From the NCBI GenBank assembly GCA_039799905.1, contig JBDLRP010000029.1, positions 83,535 through 115,534 of the forward strand: a stretch of DNA of 32,000 bases, written 5' to 3'. Shown here piece by piece: positions 16,279-23,137 of the stretch (the first letter of the stretch is position 1; each line of letters starts with the position of its first letter). The DNA comes from Pseudomonadota bacterium. GTDB lineage: Bacteria; Bdellovibrionota_B; Oligoflexia; Silvanigrellales; Silvanigrellaceae. The translations under genes and the position numbers were made by a program. The notes under the pieces are model-generated. The model searched no databases, was not told where the DNA came from, and saw nothing but the letters and a program-made list of their open reading frames with translations.

Positions 16279-18825
16279 TCATGCGACAACGGGGCTTGAA
16301 ATTTTAAAGCGCCTACTCATGTCTTTGATCGCGGTATCAGCCTCACTTGGCGAAACACGCGGGTACATCACTTCATTTATCTCGCTCAGATTGATTAATC
16401 CGCTCGCAGCAAAAGACCTGATTTTCGACAACACCTGCATCTCTGCCAGACGGAATGACTCACTGTCCAACCCGCGGATGTTTGAAGCGCTCTCGTTCCA
16501 GTCGTCGGCAATCTCATCGGGAGCTTTGCGCAGAACAAGTTGTCTTATTTTGTCTCGTGTGCCGGCAAGGAATGTCACCATCACCTGAGGTTCGAGTGCC
16601 AGGAATATTTCCAAAAGAAGCCCGTCGCTCAAATAGGCAAGGGTTTCCACACTGACAAAGCGGCTTCTCACCTGACGAGCAAGTTCTGGATTGGTGCGAT
16701 CCAGATTCTCAAGCATTTCAAGCTGGGAATCGCGTTCGCTCCGTTCCACAAGATCGATGATTACATCAGCGCCGCCAAGCATTTCTCCTCCGGCTGCTCC
16801 CATTTTTTCAATCTTTCTCTTGAGTGCCATAGCTACATTGAACAGGTATTCGCGCGGCAGCGTTTCCTTGATGCAGAGCTCGCGCAAGAGTGCGGACTTT
16901 AGACTGCCTTCAAACAACTCAAACACAGCCCTGCGCTTGTCTGTCGGTAATTGAGTCAGCACAACAGCCTGCGACCGCGCACTCTCATCGCAAATCAAAT
17001 CATAAATCTGTCTTCCTGAGAACGATTTCAAGAAGTCAAATGTATCCTGAGCACGTTGAGTCATCTGCCTGATTTTTCCGGCAGTCAGCTTGAGTTTGAG
17101 ACTTCTCAAAACCGAAAGCTGTTCACTGTCGCCGACAATTGGAGCGTTCACATGAATGTATTCAGCGAGCAGGGCGACTTCTTTTTTTACGTCATCATCG
17201 CCCAGCAAATCAAAGACCATTATCTCGCCAAGCACGGATACACATTTAGCCGAGAATTCAATTCCATCTTCCCTAAGAATGCGCGAAAAGACATCTCGTG
17301 CAATCTTCGGCTGAGAAATAAACATCTGAGTCAGCTCATCGCGCAGTGATTGGATATTCATGCGCTGGGCAACTTCATCGTTGATTCCACCGGCAGGAAT
17401 CACAACGGCACGCGGGCGAATCGGAAGTGCTGCAGGAACAGTTGTTACCGGAGGGCTTGCCCCAAATGCGGACTGACCAATCTCTGTGGCAGCAGGTATG
17501 GCAACATCATCTCTGAAGTCCGCCTGCGGAGCGTGAACACCACGCCCCTCGGAAATGAGATGCTGTACCTGTTTGCTGCTCAAAACATAACGGAGCCCAA
17601 GCGCTCCAACCAACAGAAGAACGGCAAAGACGCCTGCAAACAAAAGGACCCTGTCTTTTGTCCAAAAGTCCTGAAGTCCGTTCTCGCTGAGCGTTTTTTG
17701 GGTATCCGACAACTCCTTGGTCTGTGAGGACTCCACAGACTGCGAAGAATTGCTCTTCTCCGAAAGTGACTCTCTGTTCCGCTCGCGCTCCTTCTCACTT
17801 TGCCTTTCCCGCTCACTCTCGCGGCTGATACTGTCGCGCTCGCGGATTACTTCTTTTGTATTTGCGAATTCGCGGAATATTCTCAGTGAACGGCCCAATC
17901 TTTCCAGACCCCAAGGATCGTTGCGCAATTCGTCGGAATCCTTTTGCAACTCGGAGGCAGCCTTTGGCATTGAGGTCAGTTTGACGTTCAAGATTCCCTG
18001 ACCATAGTTGTCGAGGTGATCACGCAAGAGATTTTCAATCTGCAGCCGGCGGTTGTCTTCCATCTCGGATGCAAGAGTCAGACTCGCAGTAACACCCGAA
18101 ACCACGAGCGCATGCTTGCTTTCACGAATGACAACAGCACGTCGCATCAGTGATGACTGGGCGTCCTCAAGAGGAATCCGCACCGTTTTAACCTCAAGCG
18201 TCTGCAATCTGCATTCAAGCGGACAAAAATCAGATAAAATTCTTTCAATGGAACTCTTCACTAAGCTGACTGCCTCCGATTTAGCCTCTGCCTCTGCCCG
18301 GATGACGTGAGGAGGGTCTGGAAGTGCGGCATTTGTGAATTCAATTTCTAACGGAACACCATAGCGTCGTGACGCTCGGAGCAGGACATCGCGTATCCGC
18401 TCGATATTGCTCTTTCCCAGTCTGTTATCAATCAAAACCTCGGCAACCGCACTGCTCACCAAAAAAGTTCTTGGTACGACTGTTGCGCTTTCGAAACCAA
18501 GTGAAGCCGAATTTGTGTCAAAGAGCTCGCGGCTTTCAACATCCACACCCAAAATCGTACAACCATCCGGACAATACTTCGTCACGTCCGACTGGAGTTT
18601 TGTTCGAATGCGCTGAATTGTTTCTTCGTCGAATCTGAGCTTTTCAGGGTCGGCGGGGGCCATGGATTGGAACGCCTGAATTTGCTGCGATGCAAAAGCG
18701 GTTTGATAGAGCGAAAGTTGCGTCATGAGGGCAACAAGCGAGGCACAAAAAAAGCTAGCCACGGAGAGTGTAGAACTCCTCCCCATCACTTTCGCCTTTT
18801 TATATGCAACTCGACAAATCATCAC
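16279..18825 (-). CDS. bitopic membrane protein: periplasmic repeat domain + TM + complete cytoplasmic FliG-like module (FliF-topology/FliG fusion)
   Basis: 848 aa. TM1/signal is aa 18-45 and TM2 is aa 393-415. Residues ~500-815 align by eye with FliG N/M/C: DESARSQAVVLTQLPTDKRRAVFELF; GGADVIIDLVERSERDSQLEMLENLDRTNPELARQVRSRFVSVETL; LSDGLLLEIFLALEPQVMVTFLAGTRDKIRQLVL...FRLAEMQVLSKIRSFAASGLINL. The start (GTG 18825 / ATG 18822) overlaps the motB stop as GTGA. Confidence 0.8.
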   Translation of the reverse strand: MMICRVAYKKAKVMGRSSTLSVASFFCASLVALMTQLSLYQTAFASQQIQAFQSMAPADPEKLRFDEETIQRIRTKLQSDVTKYCPDGCTILGVDVESRELFDTNSASLGFESATVVPRTFLVSSAVAEVLIDNRLGKSNIERIRDVLLRASRRYGVPLEIEFTNAALPDPPHVIRAEAEAKSEAVSLVKSSIERILSDFCPLECRLQTLEVKTVRIPLEDAQSSLMRRAVVIRESKHALVVSGVTASLTLASEMEDNRRLQIENLLRDHLDNYGQGILNVKLTSMPKAASELQKDSDELRNDPWGLERLGRSLRIFREFANTKEVIRERDSISRESERERQSEKERERNRESLSEKSNSSQSVESSQTKELSDTQKTLSENGLQDFWTKDRVLLFAGVFAVLLLVGALGLRYVLSSKQVQHLISEGRGVHAPQADFRDDVAIPAATEIGQSAFGASPPVTTVPAALPIRPRAVVIPAGGINDEVAQRMNIQSLRDELTQMFISQPKIARDVFSRILREDGIEFSAKCVSVLGEIMVFDLLGDDDVKKEVALLAEYIHVNAPIVGDSEQLSVLRSLKLKLTAGKIRQMTQRAQDTFDFLKSFSGRQIYDLICDESARSQAVVLTQLPTDKRRAVFELFEGSLKSALLRELCIKETLPREYLFNVAMALKRKIEKMGAAGGEMLGGADVIIDLVERSERDSQLEMLENLDRTNPELARQVRSRFVSVETLAYLSDGLLLEIFLALEPQVMVTFLAGTRDKIRQLVLRKAPDEIADDWNESASNIRGLDSESFRLAEMQVLSKIRSFAASGLINLSEINEVMYPRVSPSEADTAIKDMSRRFKISSPVVA

Positions 18826-19478
18826 TGATAAACCCTTATAACAACCCTTCTGTTTGCCGCGCGTGCCTGTTCAAGTGCATCGCCCGCTTTTCCACTGATG
18901 GAAATTTTGGGCCTCGAAGAACCAAATCCTGCAACGCTCATCCTTTCCTGCGGGACCTTGAGTTCACGCATTTTGTTCAGCAGTGCGACTCCGCGCGCGC
19001 TGCTGAGCGCCCAATTCACCTCATCATTCCCGACATCGTCAGTATGTCCCTCAAAACTGAGGAAATATTTGCGATCTGTCTTTTGGAGAATCTGCAAAAT
19101 TGGCATTGCTTCCTTTGCCGCAAAGTCACTTAACTCATCGCTTCCCTGACGAAACAGAACACCACCTAAAAACTCAACCATCAGACCTGACATTCCCAGC
19201 TCGGTGACGACCGAGCTCTGCAAGCCCCTGTTGGCAATCTCGAAATCAATCTGTTTTTTCAATTCATCAAGACTGTCGGTCCGCTGGCGGGTCATCACCT
19301 GTGATACGACATCAAATTTCTGCGCGCTGACCTGCGACATCGACAGCATCAACACGAAGAGTGCGAGCATATTTGTTGTCAGGTCGGCATATGAGGTCAG
19401 CCACAATGAGTCTTTGTTTTTCTTTTTGCTGCGCTTTGAAATTCCGGCGACAGAATTGAAGAATGATTCCTGAGTCAT
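18822..19478 (-). CDS. motB: MotB-type stator protein (OmpA-like peptidoglycan-binding C-terminus)
   Basis: 218 aa. The TM carries the conserved Asp context WLTSYADLTTNMLALFVLM. The C-terminus is FEGHTDDVGNDEVNWALSSARGVALLNKM...AGFGSSRP. A GGGAGGG SD lies inside the motA 3' end. Confidence 0.85.
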   Translation of the reverse strand: MTQESFFNSVAGISKRSKKKNKDSLWLTSYADLTTNMLALFVLMLSMSQVSAQKFDVVSQVMTRQRTDSLDELKKQIDFEIANRGLQSSVVTELGMSGLMVEFLGGVLFRQGSDELSDFAAKEAMPILQILQKTDRKYFLSFEGHTDDVGNDEVNWALSSARGVALLNKMRELKVPQERMSVAGFGSSRPKISISGKAGDALEQARAANRRVVIRVYQ

Positions 19479-19484
19479 TTTTCG

Positions 19485-20315
19485 CTACCCTCCCTGAGAC
19501 GCGCGGGTGCGCGGCGGGAGATCGCGATTGCCTTCACTCTGGGAGAGACCGGCCGCAGTGCGACCCTGTGTTTGTTCCTGCGAGTAGGTGCTCAAAACAT
19601 CTCTCAGGTGTGCTTGGGATTTCTTTTCCTTGAGCAGGAGGACTCCCTCAAGAATCATCAAATCAAGCTGCAAAGTCTTTTCCGCATAAATCGCGATTTT
19701 TTCAGAGATGGGTGTGTACACAACGGTACCGAGAATTATTCCATAGAGGGTTGTCAGCAGGGCTATCGCCATAGATGGGCCGAGTTTGGCTGGCTCCGAC
19801 ATGTGTGAGAGCATTTGGACAAGTCCAACGATCGTTCCGAGAAGTCCCATGCCGGGACACAGTTTTCCCAAACTTTCAAAAAGACTCACCGCATGGGAAA
19901 ACTGAGTTTGCTTGGTATTTATTTTTGCAGTCAGGTTGTGCCTGATTTCGTCGGCTGTAAAGCTCGATAGAATGAGCGTCACGCCATCCCTGAAGAGCTG
20001 ATTGCTGATTTGCGGTTTGTATTTTGCGAGAATTCCTATTCCCTCTGTCCGCACTGCGTAACTGAGCGTCGACAGCTGATTTGAAATTTGGTTCATTTCT
20101 TTTTTTTGATTCAGGAACGCAAGACTCAACAGTGTGCGAAGCCCTGAAAAGAAATCGATGAAACTGTGCGACATAAGCATTACGGCAATCGGCGCGACTC
20201 CGAGCAGGACGGCCGAGGCCGGCTCCCAGAAGCCTTCGAAATTTTCGCCGCCATGAAAAATCAGATACCAAAGTGACCACGCAAAGGCTGTAAGGCCGAC
20301 AAGAATGCTGATCAT
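19485..20315 (-). CDS. motA: MotA-type stator protein (4 TM, large TM2-TM3 cytoplasmic loop)
   Basis: 276 aa. TM3 LCPGMGLLGTIVGLVQML and TM4 ALLTTLYGIILGTVVYTPIS retain the two conserved Pro residues. The loop is AVRTEGIGILAKY.... ATGA overlap with the upstream gene. Confidence 0.85.
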   Translation of the reverse strand: MISILVGLTAFAWSLWYLIFHGGENFEGFWEPASAVLLGVAPIAVMLMSHSFIDFFSGLRTLLSLAFLNQKKEMNQISNQLSTLSYAVRTEGIGILAKYKPQISNQLFRDGVTLILSSFTADEIRHNLTAKINTKQTQFSHAVSLFESLGKLCPGMGLLGTIVGLVQMLSHMSEPAKLGPSMAIALLTTLYGIILGTVVYTPISEKIAIYAEKTLQLDLMILEGVLLLKEKKSQAHLRDVLSTYSQEQTQGRTAAGLSQSEGNRDLPPRTRASQGG

Positions 20316-21088
20316 GGCACCCTCCCGTCGACTGCCTTTGTGCTCTGCGCAGGTTGATCGATCCTCTTTTGCCGGAGACCTTCGCGGCTTGAAATAACTC
20401 TTCGCAGTTGCTCGATCTGCGCGAGCAGCCGAGGATTCGGCTCGAGGTCAAACGCCTTTTCATACGCGGAAAGCGACAAATCTGACTGACTCAGTCTGAG
20501 ATGAAGAGTCCCCTTCATGGTCCAAAGCAATGCTGATTTGGAGAAATGCAGCAGCAGTTCGTTTGTCTCAACAAGAGCATCCTCGTAACGTTTTGATGAA
20601 AACAGCTGACGTATTTTTTTTGTTGATTCAGTGAAGCTCGGGCTGAGCGGTCTTCCGTCCTCCTCGCTGACTCCCAAAACCCGATCAAAATCTCCAAGCC
20701 TTTTCTCGAATTCACCGGCACCGCTCACGCCTGCGATTTCGGCGTCCGTTCTTTGCAAGCGAGCTCTCTCGCGGGATTGTGCAATGGGATCGCCTGTCAC
20801 ATCTCCCGGCTCAAGTCCCATCACAGATGCGGGTAGTTTGACCTCAGTAAGATCCGAACCTCGTTCTCCGGTGAGCACCTGCTCGACAGTTTCCCGTTGA
20901 GCACGTTCGCTTGCTTCCCGCGAGGCAGGAGGGGGTGCAATTCGAAATTCCGTTGCTGGATTTTTGTTGTCCTGCAACACGCGCTGCTGTTGCGCTGCCG
21001 GTGTTTCCGCAGGCGTCGACGTACACGAGAAATGTGCGACTCCCACAAACAGGAGGCACAGTTTAAAACTGGAGGCCGAAGGCAACAT
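20312..21088 (-). CDS. secreted TPR-repeat protein
   Basis: ATG 21088 (GGAGGA 10 nt upstream) gives the signal-like N-terminus MLPSASSFKLCLLFVGVAHFSC. The C-terminal TPR-like helices are YEDALVETNELLLHFSKSALLWTMKGTLHLRLSQSDLSLSAYEKAFDLEPNP. The track start at 21175 would overlap the upstream gene by 113 nt. Confidence 0.6.
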   Translation of the reverse strand: MLPSASSFKLCLLFVGVAHFSCTSTPAETPAAQQQRVLQDNKNPATEFRIAPPPASREASERAQRETVEQVLTGERGSDLTEVKLPASVMGLEPGDVTGDPIAQSRERARLQRTDAEIAGVSGAGEFEKRLGDFDRVLGVSEEDGRPLSPSFTESTKKIRQLFSSKRYEDALVETNELLLHFSKSALLWTMKGTLHLRLSQSDLSLSAYEKAFDLEPNPRLLAQIEQLRRVISSREGLRQKRIDQPAQSTKAVDGRVP

Positions 21089-22271
21089 CAGCAGCCAATC
21101 CTCCAGGCGTTGTGTATTTATATCGATTGCGAACACTGATGGTCGTCGGAAGGCTGTATCCAACACCGGCGTCAATTAGAAATCGCTGACCCAAACGCAT
21201 TGTTGCGCCGCCTCTCAACGAAAAGCAGGCATATCCTTTGGAGACAATCGTTCCAGCACCCAATTCCAGACCGGTGACGGTGCCATCAACGCTGGAGGAA
21301 TCCTTCGAAAAGAAGTGTCCATAAATCGCGTAAAGTCCCAAAGCTCGCGTGAAGGGGAGAATGATTTCCGTGTTGCTGCCTTCTTTGAATTCAGCACTGG
21401 AAGCAGGGTCGCCGACAATCTCCGGATAGTCGGAAATCAGCACAGATGGCGCTAAAATCCCGCTCAGTCTTGTGCCAACTTCATCCCGCCCAGCATTGAA
21501 TTTTTCAGAAAACCGCAGATTGATTCCAAGCATGTTCGCGCTGTCTTTGACATTCGGAACAAGATGCCAACCGATTGTCGTGGCAAAGAGATATTTCGAT
21601 TTTTTGGCTGTTTCGACTTCAATCTGCTGCTTGGTTTCGGAGTCGCGCTGCTCCATCTTCTGCCTGTAGATATTTTCAGTGTTGTAAAGCTTGCTCCAGA
21701 GCAACTCTTTGGACTTGGAATCGAACACATGGAATCCCAAAATCATGCTTGTTTCTTGATAAATCAGCGTCATATCAACCCAAGCTTCAACCCCGAGCTG
21801 ACTTGCGATTGCGTCCAGTTCCTGCGGATTGTTTATGGGCGTGGTCATTACCAGCCGTCCGTTTTCAACGACCGTTCGACGCACCCGACAATTGGTGCAC
21901 TGCAAAACCTTGGTGCCGCTGTGCTTGCGGAATGCATCCGAGATCTGTGTTTCAAGATAGCTCTCATATGTGCGCGGTATGCCCTCGCCCAAGGCAACAC
22001 GACGGATCGCCACGTTTCGCAGAGAATTTAGTGCTTTGGCCCGTAGATCAAATGAAAACTCGTTCACAAGATCTTGCAGAACTTCATTGAAACTCTTCAC
22101 CTGCTCGCCTTGACCTTGCGTCATCAAAGCGGCTTGTGACTTTGCGGGTGGCGATTCGACGGCAAATGCATACGTCGTCGGTGCGAGCACGACAGTGAGC
22201 GCAAACGCGTGAGCGAGCGCCCGAAAAACGAGCTGTGCTCTCCTTATTTTCTGCCGAAAAATGTCAGGCAT
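21063..22271 (-). CDS. putative outer-membrane protein: N-terminal alpha/beta domain + C-terminal beta-barrel
   Basis: 402 aa with a signal peptide (RRAQLVFRALAHAFALTVVLAPTTYAFA|VE). The C-terminal third has alternating-hydrophobicity strands and ends in ...GLAADVAFGLQF, a terminal aromatic typical of OMPs. Confidence 0.6.
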   Translation of the reverse strand: MPDIFRQKIRRAQLVFRALAHAFALTVVLAPTTYAFAVESPPAKSQAALMTQGQGEQVKSFNEVLQDLVNEFSFDLRAKALNSLRNVAIRRVALGEGIPRTYESYLETQISDAFRKHSGTKVLQCTNCRVRRTVVENGRLVMTTPINNPQELDAIASQLGVEAWVDMTLIYQETSMILGFHVFDSKSKELLWSKLYNTENIYRQKMEQRDSETKQQIEVETAKKSKYLFATTIGWHLVPNVKDSANMLGINLRFSEKFNAGRDEVGTRLSGILAPSVLISDYPEIVGDPASSAEFKEGSNTEIILPFTRALGLYAIYGHFFSKDSSSVDGTVTGLELGAGTIVSKGYACFSLRGGATMRLGQRFLIDAGVGYSLPTTISVRNRYKYTTPGGLAADVAFGLQF

Positions 22272-22272
22272 G

Positions 22273-22305
22273 AAAAAACCCCACAGAAGTCCTCGGTGGG
22301 GTTTT
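22273..22305 (-). terminator. rho-independent terminator of the 213-aa gene, abutting the next start codon
   Basis: The minus strand reads aaaaCCCCAC-cgaggacttct-GTGGGGttttttc followed by ATG (22271). Stems are 22279-22284 and 22296-22301. Confidence 0.65.
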
Positions 22306-22375
22306 CGGCTTTACTGATTCTGCGACTGATGCACTTCTTGCCGTGCTTCCAATCGTCTGACGGGACGTCCTCGCC

Positions 22376-23017
22376 TCAGAGCGAGTAGGTCAGCTTCGCA
22401 AGAGACTCTTTGCCGGTTGCGACAACGAGTTCCCAAGATTTGCGCGCTTCGTCGCCCTGAAAATCTTCGTCGTAAGTTTCGAGCAAGTCCTGAATTCCCT
22501 CTGCATCTTCAAGAAGGCTCAGGGCGTTGACAGCCGAGCGGAAATAACGCGCAGCTTCGTTCGGGTGACGCTTCACTTTGAGGCTGAGACGTCCCATTTC
22601 TTCATACCACTGCGCCTTCTCTTCGGGAGTCGCAACTTCGCCCGTCTCGCCCAGCATATATATGTAGGTGTTCAACGCACGAGTGTTGTCTTTGGAAGCC
22701 ATCAGCTCGGAAATCTTGGGCAGGAGAGTTTGAATCGTCTTGCGGGCCTTAGCTTGTTCTTTGCGTTTGTCCTCGAGGCTCTCGGATGAGTGCTTTTCGA
22801 GAATTCTCTCACAATGGGCGCGCAGTAGACGCAGGTCTTCGGGAAGAACCTGATCGCGCTCTGTTTCGAGTGTGGGGTTGATTTGGCGAAACAGAGACAA
22901 GAGTTCCGCCGGAGAAACGTGAAGGTAGCCGGCGAGAATCTGAATTGCCCACGGGCGATCGTCGGGCCAAATCCGCTCTGCACGTTCCATCTGCCGAATC
23001 AACTCATGCATATCCAT
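22376..23017 (-). CDS. hypothetical helical cytoplasmic protein
   Basis: 213-aa ORF with a GAGGAGA SD 4 nt upstream of ATG 23017 and its own terminator. No family recognised. Confidence 0.6.
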   Translation of the reverse strand: MDMHELIRQMERAERIWPDDRPWAIQILAGYLHVSPAELLSLFRQINPTLETERDQVLPEDLRLLRAHCERILEKHSSESLEDKRKEQAKARKTIQTLLPKISELMASKDNTRALNTYIYMLGETGEVATPEEKAQWYEEMGRLSLKVKRHPNEAARYFRSAVNALSLLEDAEGIQDLLETYDEDFQGDEARKSWELVVATGKESLAKLTYSL

Positions 23018-23137
23018 GTGCTCTCCTCAGTCTGCGCTTCAGTACGCACGTCGAGCACTCCTCCCAAAGAAGAATGCCGGACCATCACAGGTTTTTCAGT
23101 ACCCCCTTCATTCTACGACAGGCGCGCTGGGTCAAGA

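Noticed and set aside
18822-20315. MotA/MotB pair as a Zorya-type (ZorAB) anti-phage defence system
   Set aside because: MotA here is 276 aa with the ordinary flagellar-type loop and no long C-terminal coiled-coil tail like ZorA. No ZorC/ZorD-like (helicase/nuclease) genes are adjacent, and the neighbour is FliG-like instead.
1057-22090. Large antisense or alternate-frame ORFs inside long genes: 1134..1553 +, 6372..6914 +, 7106..7546 +, 14506..14988 +, 15106..15636 +, 19876..20463 -, 21564..22031 +, 21575..22090 +
   Set aside because: Each lies wholly inside a longer ORF with recognisable motifs or membrane topology. Their products are Arg/Ser/Cys-rich or low-complexity and have no SD, so they are shadow ORFs.
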